A stretch of DNA of 64,000 nt from positions 65,784,001 to 65,848,000 of the forward strand of contig CM059432.1 of the NCBI GenBank assembly GCA_030390025.1, given 5' to 3'. Under the pieces are notes generated by a model that saw only the letters and a list, made by a program, of their open reading frames with translations, made no database searches and had not been told where the DNA came from. This stretch comes from Squalus acanthias (lineage: Eukaryota). Numbering within the stretch: the stretch's first letter is position 1; every line of letters starts with the position of its first letter. This document shows positions 51,661-64,000 of the stretch, one piece after another. The translations under genes and the position numbers were made by a program.

Positions 51661-52519
51661 TTATGAATCTCTCAGAAGCCGGTTGCCATCATTCTCTCCA
51701 AACGGTCTCCCAAGGCCTGATGTCCAGTGGTCAAAGCAATTATGTGCAATGCACTGGCTGGTCTCAAGGGCTCTCTGTCAGGATGCAGATGTTCCTGGTA
51801 CTGCCACTTGCTCTAGGTAGCACTGTGTAAAATCCTTCTCAGATACTGGTACTAAGGATGGTGTTGAACTCTGCCGTGATCCATGTCGTCAGTCTCAAGT
51901 CTTCTGAGATAGTCCTCAGTGCCTCTATCTTTGTAAAGTAGGCCTCCAGAGGTACGAGTCTATAGGCTTGGCAATGAGGGGCTGACTTCCATGGAGCTTC
52001 CACTCCCCACTGTCAGATCCCATCTTCACCTCTGATTCCTCTGACTCCTCCTGAGAGTAATGAATGAAGGTGTGTCACATATATAAAGAAATTGCAAGGA
52101 AGAGTCAAGGGAGCAGATAGCTTGCTTGCTGCTGCAACAGGTTCATGTATCTCCACCAGGTATTTTTGCCCCCAAAGGTATTTTCCACCCCCTCTCTGCT
52201 CGCTATTCAGTGCTAATTTGGAGCCTAACTTCCTCCTCTGCAGAAAATTTCCACCCCTGGTGTATCTGTGGTGTTGCAGGCTGTATTTACAGTCTGCATG
52301 CCTCTCAGTATTTAGATTAGCTGACCCTCAATTTATGCCAACGTCAATGCCACAACCTCAAGAGTGTTTGAAGTCCCACCCCATGTCAGTTCCACAGTGC
52401 AACAGTGATGTAGAATTTCAAGCCCTCTGTGTGGAGTGCAGTTTTCTGGTGCAGTACTGCAATTTTGTATAAAATGTCACAAATGCAATGAAAATGCTGA
52501 TATCTGATTTTGAATGAAT

Positions 52520-52704
52520 TCTCTCCCTAAACCCCTCCATCTCCTTCTCCTCTTTTAAGATCCTTCTTAAAACCCTCTCTGCCCAAACTTTTGGTCTTCC
52601 CTACTCATTTGTCCTTCTTTGGCTCCTTTTCCCTTATACCTATGTAAAGCATCCTGGGATGTTTTTCTACGTTAAAGGCACTCTATAAATGCAAGTTGTT
52701 GCTG
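52520..52704 (+). mobile_element. L2 3' tail
   Basis: Ends ...TATAAATGCAAGTTGTTG like other L2 copies. Confidence 0.7.
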
Positions 52705-53969
52705 ATAACAAATGACCTGTTGCAGTAAATCACTTGCCCTAGTCGCCATCAGTGACAGGTCAATAACTAGTCACACTCTCCTCTCTACTTCAGTTCCTTT
52801 ACAAACTATCAGTTTTCTTTTTCTTTTTTAATTATTTTCTCATGTTTTATGAACTTTATGTTCATCAAGGTAAGGGATGTCCTTGATGGGGGAGTGGAAC
52901 GGTTTCCTATTTTGGGCAGCCAGTAACAGCATCAGGCATAGCACAGTTAGGTATGCAGTAAAGTTGCGTCTGTTCTGCCCCAATAATAAATATCAACCCC
53001 AACCACAGAAGTGCAGCACATAATGCACTAGTGTGACATTTTACCATTTCACACGTTAACTATCCTGTGACCTATCTGAGTGAAATTGTAATTTCTTGCT
53101 TAACCAGAGGCTATTTTGTGCTGTGGACCTGGTTTGAACTGCTCTAGATTGTTTATGGTAAGTGGAGGATGTGCTGACTTATACTGAGACCACTGTACTA
53201 TGCAACACACAATGCAGTATTCTTCAGCCAGGATGGACCTGTGTTTAGCCCAAGTGTTCCCTTTAAGGCCGCAAAGACTAAAGGGCCAAATTTTCTGAGC
53301 CCCTGCTGCCCAGGTACTAAACAGGACCAATGCACCAGGAATGCACCTATCCAGTCCTGGGATAATCTGGATTTCCTGTCTTGGTCACTCAAATGGCCCT
53401 AGGGCAGCCCTGGCACAGGTGGTAAGGCCTCAAAAGTCAGGGGCAGCTGCAGGATATAGTGTTATTTTTCTGGACATCCCTGTGCTAGGGCACTCAGCAA
53501 GTGTGGAGGACAGGAAATGAAACAGGAGGCTGAGAAATGCCCTCCTATCTCATCACAGCAGGTCATCTGGCCTGTGTTTACTTCAGGCACAGACCACACT
53601 TCATTCCCTCCCCTCCTCCCCAAGGAGAGCCCCGGAAATCCTTGGGCTGTGTTAAAGTGGCAGAGACCCACCGATGCAAGTCTCTGGAATGCTGCTCTAA
53701 TGTAAGTTAACGTAAACCAAGGGTAAAGGTCATGGAAGTGGTACGATGTAATGGCCTGTAGCTGAGAGTATAATAATCATACCATTATAAAGCGAAGTTA
53801 GGAAGATCGAATGTTGGCCACCCCATGACTGAGATCAGCATCTGTAACATGAGATTTTCTGGAGCCTTCGCATTGCCACGTGTGTTGCCTGTGAGTATCA
53901 TTTCCTCTAATAAATCTATAAGCAATAGACTCTGCATTCAAGAACTCTCATTCCTGACACAGAGACAAC

Positions 53970-55329
53970 CGCCGGAATTTTCCCCAGGTAGGCGGGTTCG
54001 GGGCAGGTGGCCTCCGAGGCTGGGTTTTCCGCAGGCCCTGCCGACTTTAACAGCAGGGCCTGATTTGAATGTGAGGCCTCGGATTCTCGCTCACAGCCAG
54101 CCAGCTTGAGAGGCTGGCTGCGGGCGTGTAGGCCTCAGAAGCGAGGGGCTGGTCCAGGGGAGGGATCGTGGGAGGAGGATCAGCATCCGGCAGGGGTCGG
54201 GGATCGGGAGTGGGAGAGAGCATTGGCAGGGGTCAGGGATCGGGAGGGGAGAGAGATCATTGGCAGGGGTCAGGGATCAGGAGTGGGAGAGAGCATTGGC
54301 AGGGGTCAGGGATCGGGAGGGGGGAGAGCATCGGCAGGGGTCGGGGATCATGAGGGGTAGAGCATCGGCAGGGGTCGGGGATCATGGGGGGCAGAGCATC
54401 GGCAGGGGTCGGGGATCAGGAGGGAGAGCATCGGCAGGGGTCGGGGATCATGAGGGGTAGAGCATCGGCAGGGGTCGGGGATCATGGGGGGTAGAGCATC
54501 GGCAGGGGTCGGGGATCGGGGGGAGAGCATCGGCAGGGGTCGGGGATCGGGGGGAGAGCATCGGCAGGGGTCAGGGATCATGGGGGGAGAGCATCGGCAG
54601 GGGTCGGGGATCATGGGGTTAGAGCATCGGCTGGGGTCGGGGATTGGGGGGGAGAGCATCGGCAGGGGTCGGGGATCATGGGGGGAGAGCATCGGCAGGG
54701 GTCGGGGATCGGGGGGGGAGAGCATCGGCAGGGGTCGGGGATCACGGGAGTGGGGAGAGAGTATCGGCAGGGGTCGGGGATCGGTGGGGGGGAGGTGGGG
54801 TCTGCCAGGGATTGGAGAGCGGATCGGCCGGGGATCGGCAGAGTGAGAGAGGATCAGGGCCGGCCACCGGTAGATCGTGGCCGGTCTCAGCATCATCGTT
54901 GGTGGGGGGGGGGAGGCCTGGGAAGGTGATCGGAGGCCTCGTGGGGGGCGGGTCTCCGATCGCCGGGGGTGGGTATGGTCGGAATCCTGGATCCAGGAGG
55001 TAGGTATAAAGCCACTTGTCTCCTGGATGCTGCAGTTCCCGCCTCTGTTTAACTGCCGGGTTTCACAAATCGTGTGAATCCCATCCCCATGCAGTTAGAC
55101 ACAAAATGGAGGGGAAAAAGAGGCTTCCAGCCTCATTACATTATTTAAATTGAGGTAACGCCCCCTGGGAGCGGGTCGGTCACCTGCCCTCCACCCCACC
55201 CCCATTCCGCCTCTGGTAAAACTGGAAGTGGATGGGTTGGAGGCGGGATCAGGTCAGAATCCCATTTTTAACACTTTAACTGCCCCCACGCTCCAAACCC
55301 ACTTGTTCTTTTGGGGGAAAATTTCAGCC
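53970..55329 (+). mobile_element. Harbinger-like MITE, family C, expanded by internal minisatellite
   Basis: TIR CGCCGGAATTTTCCCC / GGGGAAAATTTCAGCC; flanks AAC/ATC; homologous to 59141-59849 in reverse. Confidence 0.8.
54160..54800. repeat. G-rich ~29-35 bp minisatellite, ~20 units
   Basis: Unit GAGAGCATCGGCAGGGGTCGGGGATC(AT)GGGGG. Confidence 0.95.
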
Positions 55330-57689
55330 ATCAACTCCAATCTTGCTTCTCTCGCATTTCCCAACAGTACATTCCACATTATTCAATAGTGATTTGTTGC
55401 TGTTTTAGAAACTTGTTATTTGAGTCAACAATGGATTTTTCAAGTATGAAACTTTCAAGTGAATGACCTGCTAGATTTCTCTTTTCAATTTAGTGAGCAA
55501 GTCAGCAAGAGAGAAATTTCTTAAAACATACTTTTTCCTGAGCATTGGCTAAAGTCAATCTTGGAAAAGAAGTGAATATTTTCAGTTCCCCTCCTTTCTG
55601 AAGCTGAATAAATTATACAAATGAGAGACTTATATAACGAAAACCTTTCAACAGACTGTGTTTCCAAATAATTTATTCTATATTATAGTTTTACATAATA
55701 TCAGCTAAAGATATGGAATCCCATTAATCAATAGATTTTAAAAGCAATGCTGTCGTCATTCATTCCACAGATTTTCATTTACCGCAAGAGAACAGGACTT
55801 TTAATCATCTAGAATTTTTGAATGATGACTTCCAACATTTAATTAAAATATATCACATATTTGCAATACTGTGTTTTCATGTGATTGAATTAATTCCACA
55901 ATATGCTTAATGTTATTGCTACGATTACTTAGATTCTCCTGCAAAGAATTAATCAGTTTTGAAAGGTTTCAGTAGAGTTCCACAATAATACTTTGGTTAG
56001 GAACATAAGACTAAAATGAGATTCAATGAATTAAGTATACTGTGAATCAGAGATTTGGCCTGAAATTGAGGAAATCCATTCAAAATATCACATATTAAGT
56101 ACTCCAAATTGGCCAGTGTAATCAGAGTCCTTGCAGTGACTGGTTTCAAGTGCATCTTGATATAACCTAGAAGCAGACTTGTCAAAGAATTACCCTCGTT
56201 GTTTCTACTGGATCCCTCCATTGTAACCACTGCCACACTGAATCATACCATGCATCACAGTCATCCTAGTCACCTACTGTCAAGTGTGTTTCAATTTAAA
56301 TTGTAAATTATACTCCTCATTTCAGCTGTGGAGCTGTTCTGCTGAGAATTATCAGCATAATTGGGCCAGCTCCACAAATCAACCCATTCATATTAAATAG
56401 ACTAATCCCAGGTTACGCATGAATTCTCATCATATCCATAGCATGAGAGAGAAGCTGAGATGCACAAAACATTTTGCATTATAATACTGGCACAGATATA
56501 TGTATCAATTAGTTTTTTTCTAAAAGCAGTGGGATATGGAACAATGTTGTCCAATGTGTTAGCCACTAGCCAGATGTGGTGACTTGAGAATCTATATGCG
56601 GCCCATTGCATTTCTGATTAGTAAATAAAAATGAGTAATGGACACCGTCATTGGGCATGCAATCAATCTCAATACTCATTATCGCACAGAGTATGCATGT
56701 GCACTTTAACCTTAAGTGCATTTGTTGGTAAAATGGTAAGACAAAAAGCAGAGTGTGTGAGTGTTTTTTGATCATTGTGAGTGCTTTAGTTCCTTGGTTA
56801 CTGAACGGTGGGAGATGTTTGTTAAGTAAATATACACATGAAGTAGATTTACCTGTATTGTGTAAGTGTATCGGAAGTGCTACGTTCAGTTTTGGGCACT
56901 GCAGCTCAGGAAGGATATATTGGCCTTGGAGGGGGTGCAGTACAGATTCACCAGAATGTACTGGGGCTTAGAGGGTTAAATTATCAGGACAGGTTGCGTA
57001 AACTTGGCTTGTATTATATAACGGAAGATTATGACAGAAATTGCTGGGATTTTCCCTTATTTCTTGTGACAAAATTGCAGACTATTGTGGATATTTATTG
57101 ATCATACATTGCCAACAGTCCACATTTGATGCAGACAGAAACCATTTTGAGGGCATTCACATTCGAAAATCAGTATGGACTAGACTCCTCCAACGAGCAT
57201 AAAAGTGTGCAGCATAATCAATCAAAACAAGAGTGTCACTTTGAGAAAGGGGGAGGGCAGAAGAAGTGTTTTTGGAATGGGTGGGGAAGGGGGAGTTGGT
57301 GAGAGAGGAGAAGCCGGGAGCTGCATTTTTGTAGGTTGGGAGAGAGGTGACGAGCTAGGGGACGTGTATTCGTGGGGTGAGAGAGGGAAGAAGTCAAAAG
57401 CAGTGTTTTAGGAGAGAGAGAAACTGGAATGACACTTTGTGAGAGGGAGAGAGACAGGAGAAACTGGGAGCAGCACTTGGGAGGGCGAGAGCACAAAAAA
57501 CTGGAAGCAACATTTTAAGGGGGAGAGAGAGGAGAAAAGCCATGAGGAGTTGTTTGTGGGTGAGAAATTAGGAGCAGCGCTTGGAGGGGGATGAGGAGAG
57601 TACAGCATTAACTGAGGGGATGGGGAGAGATGGAGGAGAGTGCAGCATGAACTGGAGGTGGAAGAAGAATGACATCGTACAAGCGGGGA

Positions 57690-58100
57690 TTGGGATTTCA
57701 AAATTCTCATCCTTGTTTTTAAATCCCTCCATGGCTTCGCCCCTTCCTATCTCTGTAATCTCCTTCATCCCCACAACCCCCCGAGATATCTGCGCTCCTC
57801 TAATTCTGCCCTCTTGAGGATCCCTGATTATAATCGCTCAACCATTGGTGGCCGTGCCTTCTGTTGCCTAGGCCCTAAGCTCTGGAATTCCCTGCCTAAA
57901 CCTGTCCGCCTCGCTACCTCTCTTTCCTCCTTTAAGATGCTCCTTAAAACCTACCTCTTTGGCCAAACTTTTGGTCACCTGCCCTAATTTATCCTTATGT
58001 GGATTGGTGTCAAATTTGTTGTCTTAAAATACTCCTGTGCCGCGCCTTGGGTCGTTTTACTATGTTAAAGGCGCTATATAAATACAAGTTGTTGTTGTTG
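57690..58100 (+). mobile_element. L2 LINE 3' end
   Basis: FKILILVFKSLHGFAP-type sequence; (GTT)n tail; reverse complement of 9865-10160. Confidence 0.88.
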
Positions 58101-59140
58101 ATTGGGGAGGAGAGGCCAACTTCAATTGAGAGTGGCTCTGTGAGCTGGGATTGGAGAGTTAGAATGCTTCTGTGAATCGGGGGTGAGGAGTCAAAAGGAG
58201 TGAGTGACTGTTGAATTAACTTATGGGGAAGTTGGGTCTTGCTGGTCTGTTGAAAATCCAAAAGGTAACTTGTTTTTTTTTAATTAAAAATTGTGTAGTA
58301 TAAAAATATTAAAAATTAATTTAAAATGCACCACTTTTAATGTAAAATTCAAATTGTTCTGGGAAAGCATGCCTCAAACTCCCCCTAGAAATGCACAACT
58401 CGTCAAGGGAGGCACAGCATTTAGAAGGACTGTTACAATTCTAAATTTGCTACCTACAGCACTGCATGGAATGATCCTGTGATTAATCAGAAGCGGATTC
58501 AAATCCGTTCTTTGGTAAAGGGCAATTTTTTTTTAAACAAAGACAATTAAGTAAAACTTTTTTCTTCCAGTAATAGATTATCAGATGCTATAGAGAAGAA
58601 AGAAGTTTTAAAATAAGTAGAAAAAATAATTCAGTCACAAAATAATTTTCAATAAGATTTAAAAAAATGCCCTTCCATTACAGTTCAAAAAAGTAATGGC
58701 GCCAAAAATCCATGGCTATTCTAGCAGATTTCTGGGTAAGTTCAGCAGCTGTCTGAATACCTGGGATAGATCAGGTATTGTCATTAAATGTGAGTAACTG
58801 GAATGGCCTTGTGGGAGTGGAACTATAATTTTATGACTGTGCTTCTGCCTTTGTACAGGGGCTGATAAATTGTTTAGTCTTCAGAGGCCCAGGCCGTGAC
58901 CCAAGCCTGGGGGTAGTTGCCAGTGTGTCTCTTCTCACTAGGCATACTGGCCGGCACTTGAAGGAAGCTCCTAGCCTGGGAGTCTCTGCGCCTGGGCCAT
59001 GGCTCCCTTGCCATGAGTCACCTTTTAAGATTCTGCCTGTTACATGACTGCATGGGTGTTGGCAGCGCAGACTGGGACCTGGTGTATCTGTGTCCCAGCT
59101 TATTTTCCAGTCCTTCCGCTGCACTCTCACTGGAGTTGTG

Positions 59141-59849
59141 GGGGGAAGGTGATTTTAACACCGCCCCCCACTCCCCGCAGAATGGGCAGAGAAGGGGCGG
59201 GACAGGGGGGTTAAAGACTTAAAAATGGGAAACCCGACCCGAACCTGCCGCGAACACGCCTACTTTCGTTTAACTAGGGCAGGTTGAGGGTCGGGTGAGT
59301 AACCTGGTCTCGAGAGGCGAGTCAGGAATTATAAATATTTAAATGAGGATGCGTGTCTCAGATTTTAGCAGCCATGTGGATTTAACAGCTGCGGGCTGGG
59401 TTTCCCAGGGCTTGAGGACTGCCAGATCCAGCAGAGAAGTGGTTTTCCAGCACTGCTTGTGGGCCAGGAGGAGCAGGAATGCTTCCCCCGGCCCCTCAAG
59501 CTTACCTGCTGCGATCTGCTTCCCTCACTAAGATCTGATGTCTCGCCCCCGGCGATCCCTCCCCCGATCTACCCCCACCCCCCACGATCGCTCACTCCGC
59601 GATCTCTCCCTGACTCCCTCCCTCCCTTCTCTCCGGTCACTGGCTGCGGCTTGTATAGCAGGCTTTCCTGCCCGGCAGTCAGCCAGCCTCTCAATCTGGC
59701 TGGCTGCCATACGGGAAACTGAGTAAAAAATTCAAATGAGGTCCTGCTGTTAAATTAAGCAGGACATCTGCCTTTCCCGCATTTCTGGGTTTCCAGGCTG
59801 CTGACAATCGTCCCTGCTCCCTCCCTGCCTTCCCGTAAATATCGGGGCC
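59141..59849 (-). mobile_element. MITE family C, unexpanded copy
   Basis: Both ends are reverse complements of the ends of 53970-55329; flanked by GTG/GTG. Confidence 0.72.
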
Positions 59850-60000
59850 GTGGTGTGTGCCTGCTGAAGGACTATGGAATTTTGGTCTCATACATGGCAA
59901 TTTAGATAATTAGGAAAAACTGACCAACAACTTCACATAATATGACACAGCCCCAGAAAAGCTGACAGCTCAAAAATATCCCTAAATATAGGGTCTTGTG

Positions 60001-60400
60001 AAAAAGAAAGAAGAAAGCCTTCCTTTTATATAGCGCCTTTCACAAGCTCAGGACATCCCAAAGTACTTTACAGCCAATTAAATACTTTTTGGAGTGTAGT
60101 CACTGTTGTAATGTAGGAAATGCAGCAGCCAATTTGCGCACAGCAAGCTCCCACAAACAGCAATGTGATAATGACCAGATAATCTGTTTTAGTGTTGTTG
60201 GTTGAGGGCTAAGTATTGGCCAAAACACTGGGAGAACTCCCCTGCTCTTCTTCAAAATAGTGCCATGGGATCTTTTACGTCTACCTGAGATGGCAGACGG
60301 GGCATCAGTTTAATGTCTCATCTGAAAGATGACTCCTCCCAGAGTGCAGCACTCCCTTGGTACTACACTGAAGTATCGGCCGAGATTTTGTGCTTAATTC
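60001..60400 (-). mobile_element. Deu-SINE lacking head
   Basis: Reverse complement of 24965-25358. Confidence 0.88.
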
Positions 60401-60575
60401 TCTGGCACATGAAAGGGCATTGGCACATGGTGATAATGTAAGCTGTAGGTATACCCAACTTTTGATCACTTTTCTTATAGAAGAAAAACCTAAAGTGCAT
60501 AAAAGTGCAGTTCGCAGCAATAGTGAAATTAGAAATTATTGAAAGGGAATGTGAATGCTGGAAGTGTGAGATTTA

Positions 60576-61321
60576 GGGGGAGAAATTCGGTGGGTTAGCG
60601 CCCCCGGAGGGCAATAACGGGGCGCTAACGACTTACTGCCCGGGTGCGGCGAGATGAACGACTCCCGCTAACTTGGCTGGGAGGTTTGCGGTGATGGTAA
60701 CACTTTGCGCCACGATCTCCTGCGCCCGGACATCGTGACATCATTGCCATGTGCATCGCCCAGTAGCGCCCCGGACCCAAACTTCGGTTCCACCCCCTGC
60801 AGCATCGGCGGGCGACAACACCGACATCTGCAGGAAGCCTTATTCGGGAGGCCGGGCGCTTCAGGGGCAGAAGTTAAAGGGAAGGTTGCCGAGATAAGTA
60901 GGAAAATTTCTAAAATGCTTTAAAAAAAAAAATTTCAAGTCTCCTGGGCCATGATCAATCAGCCTGGCACTCTGCTGGAGTGCATGGGGTTGATCGGGCC
61001 GGATCGCGGCCGCCGTCGGGGACCAGCTAACTGGAACGATGCAGAGCCTGCAGCGATGGCCCTTCCCTTTAAGGGAGGGAAGGAACCTCGGATCACGGCA
61101 GCGCTGCACGGGACATTGTGCAGCGCTGCACCACTACCGCCCCGCCTGCGTCCTTTAGCTCTCCAGGAAGGAAGTGGAGCGCTTGATTTAATGCTCCACT
61201 TCCTTCCTGGAGTGCAAACACCGAATTTAGACAAAGCTGGGAATCATTAGCGCCTGGCGCTAAGTTTCCCAGCTTTCAAAAGTTACCATCCCCAAACGGG
61301 ACGATACCGAATTTCTCCCCC
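60576..61321 (+). mobile_element. Harbinger-like MITE, family B
   Basis: Perfect 15-bp TIR GGGGGAGAAATTCGG / CCGAATTTCTCCCCC with TTA/TTA TSD. Confidence 0.92.
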
Positions 61322-61759
61322 TTATTTTCTGGTGGATTTGGGGACATGCCCCAGCAAGGTTTGATTCTTGATACTTTATTTTGTGCATTGACCAGCACTA
61401 TGGAGCTTACAATAATTCTACCTTTTAAACCAATTTAATTTCTCCTGGAAGAGTTACAGATATTTTAAATTTAAAAAATGGAAGTAGTGTTATGGACTTC
61501 AAAAAGTCAAAATAAATGGGTTTACACCAACCAGTGAAATAACTGCTAGAGGAATGTCATATGAATATATTAAGCACTCGTCCACTAATATCACCTAAGT
61601 AATTTACAGCATTTGTTAAGTCAAAAATGTTTATTTCCTGCTCCTGAAATAGAACCATGAATACACAGAGTAATTATTAAAAATATGTAAAGTGCACCTC
61701 ATGGCATTGATAGTAAGTCATTCAAGTATTTTAAAACAATCTGAAGGAAAGTCATTTTA

Positions 61760-62262
61760 AGATAATGAAGCAGTCCATACCCACATGCAACAAGACCTGG
61801 ACGACGTTTTGGCTGATAAGTGGCAGGAAACATTTGCACCACACAAGTGCCAGGCAATGACTATTTCCAACAAGCGAGAGTTTAACCACCGCCCCTTGAC
61901 ATTCAACGGCATTACCATCACCGAATCCCCCACCATCAACATCCTGGGGGTCACCATTGACCAGAAACTTAACTGGACCAGCCACATAAGTACTGCAGCT
62001 ACAAGAGCAGGCCAGAGGCTAGGGAATCTGTGGTGAGTGTCACCTCCTGACTCCCAAAGCCTTTCCATCATCTACAAGGCACAAGTAAGGAGCGTGATGG
62101 AATACTCGCCACTTGCCTGGATGAGTGCAGCTCCAACAACACTCAAGAAGCTCGACACCATCCAGGACAAACCAGCCCGCTTGATTGGCACCCCATCCAC
62201 AACCTTAAACATTTACTCCCTTCACCACTGGTGTACCATGGCTGCAGTGTGTACCATCTACT
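61760..62262 (+). mobile_element. LINE RT fragment, family of 34005-35070
   Basis: ILGVTIDQKLNWTSHI; YKAQVRSVMEYSPLAW. Confidence 0.88.
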
Positions 62263-62634
62263 GTGAAGGAATATGCCATATACAGAAAAATACACTATCC
62301 TATGAAATAATTCTGATTAATACATGACAAACTAGGCTTGAAAATCTAGAAAACCTAACAATCAGAAGCTGTAAACACCATACAGGCTTTTGAGATAAGA
62401 TAAGTTGTTGACACTGAAACAATAGCTTCGTTGAAACAGAGGGTTAGAGCTTCTAGAAAGTCTGCAGCTTGGAAAAAAGACAATACCATATCTAGTTAAA
62501 GGTGTCTTAAACCAACACTTTGAAATTAATCACATAAATTAAAGAAACATATGCCTTCATAAATATGACATCAATAGTTGCAACAGCCATCACATTGTTT
62601 TTGTGTTGAACTTGGAACACCTAGTAGACACAAA

Positions 62635-63384
62635 GGGCTGGATTTTGTCTTGGGGTCGTGTAATCCGCATTTCGTGTTTTCCCCCCGACTCCAGATTAAT
62701 GTGGATGCCTGATGCAATTTTCACTTAATTGGGCAATTGCGTTGGAGCATGTGGGAACCCATGAACTAATTAGTGTTTTCAGTCTGAAAGTCGCCTCTGA
62801 TGATGTCATCATTGCTGACTGCCTAGTCTCAGAGACTGTTGGTGAGAGAGGACCTGTCTGGCTTACTTTTGTGGACCTGGTTGGGGGGGGAAAGGAGAGA
62901 GAGAGAGAGAGAGAGAGAATGTTTTTTGCATCCAGGTCCTCTCACAGCAAAGGCCAGGCAGTCTCTGAAGACATTCAATGCAGCAGCATCAGAGGCGACA
63001 TTCACACCTAATACTACTACTAACTAACTTCATCACATCTCCGTTGTAATAGTGGACCTGCAGCCGATAGTCTGCTATCCACTTGTGCTCCCGCCAGGTT
63101 TCACTGGACTGTTTCACACCAGGCGTGCTTCACGTCAGAAGAGGGTTAAACTAGCTACAGCGTTTCAAAATGGCATTACAGAGCCAATTTAGAGCTTGTT
63201 AAGGGCTTTAATGGCCTTTCCCGCCTCTTGAAGGTGGGATGGAGTTGGGAACCCCGCGACTGATTATGTCAAAATTGCGTGGAGGCGGGATCGAGTCGGG
63301 ATGGGGTCGGAAACCCCGACCCCGCAAATTTAACCCCCCGCACGCCTCCAAACCCGACTCCATGGGTCATTCAAAATCCAGCCC
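62635..63384. mobile_element. Harbinger-like MITE, family D
   Basis: Perfect 13-bp TIR GGGCTGGATTTTG / CAAAATCCAGCCC; flanks AAA/AAA. Confidence 0.85.
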
Positions 63385-63465
63385 AAAGTCTGCTTACAAC
63401 CAGCTAAGGTGACTTAAGAATTGAATAGAAGACCTTCGTGAGAATGACATCACATAGATACATCT

Positions 63466-64000
63466 GTTACAACCGTTTTTTATGATGAACTTGAAACACC
63501 TAAAGGAGAGACACGAGTTTGAAAGCTACAAGCTGAACTAACTGTAAAAATAGAAGGGGTCAACAGAAAAATGACTAGAGATAATTAGCTTACATCAGCA
63601 GAAAACTTCAAAGGATATACCACTGAGAAAGAGTATAAATATAGAACTTTCAAATAGGAAGACAGAATTCGCTGGAAGGGGCAAAGCGATTCTCAGCTTC
63701 AGAGGCAATCTCAGTAAGCCTACAACTCTTTGAGTCTCGGGTAACAAAGGTATTTGATTTAGATGGATATCCTGGAATAAGACTAAGTAAGAAATGTAAA
63801 AATGTACCGAAGTTAAGATTTGAGAATAAGGATCTCTGATGATAAGAATTGTAAGCTTTTTGTTTTTAGAATTGTTAAAGTTGCGATTGAATCACCAACT
63901 GTAAATTACATGTTGGTTCTTTAATAAATCTTTATATTTTTGGAATTATCTCAAATAGTACTTCTGTATCAAATTTGCAAACTCAATCTCTGTACACTCT
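63466..64000 (+). mobile_element. Possible LTR running off the window end
   Basis: Starts TGTTACA, TATAAATA ~63634, AATAAA ~63923; right end not visible. Confidence 0.3.

Noticed and set aside
54106..55003. Gly/Arg- and Pro-rich ORFs
   Set aside because: Artefacts of a stop-poor G-rich minisatellite.
57240..57690. GA-rich tract as a distinct element
   Set aside because: Low-complexity purine-rich sequence with no clear unit or boundaries.

Overview
Vertebrate genomic DNA. The repeat landscape (CR1 and L2 LINEs, Deu-domain tRNA SINE, Penelope-like elements) suggests a cartilaginous fish, but this is inference. The only host gene is the 5' end of PCMTD1 on the minus strand: first coding exon 4834-5307 (CDS 4834-5140), a ~25 kb intron, and a probable non-coding exon 1 and CpG-island promoter at ~30050-30600, followed by a 70-bp GC-box minisatellite. 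Much of the rest is decayed, often nested mobile DNA. Most notable: (i) minimal hammerhead-ribozyme motifs in the tails of two Penelope-like families, including a ~225-bp fold-back element whose axis of symmetry lies in the ribozyme core and which has a clean target-site duplication; (ii) a Penelope element with an inverted arm that preserves the empty sites of two later insertions; (iii) several Harbinger-like MITE families with 3-bp TSDs, one with internal hairpins showing compensatory changes between copies; (iv) a local inverted templated insertion. Repeat boundaries without a stated TSD are approximate and all were read by eye.
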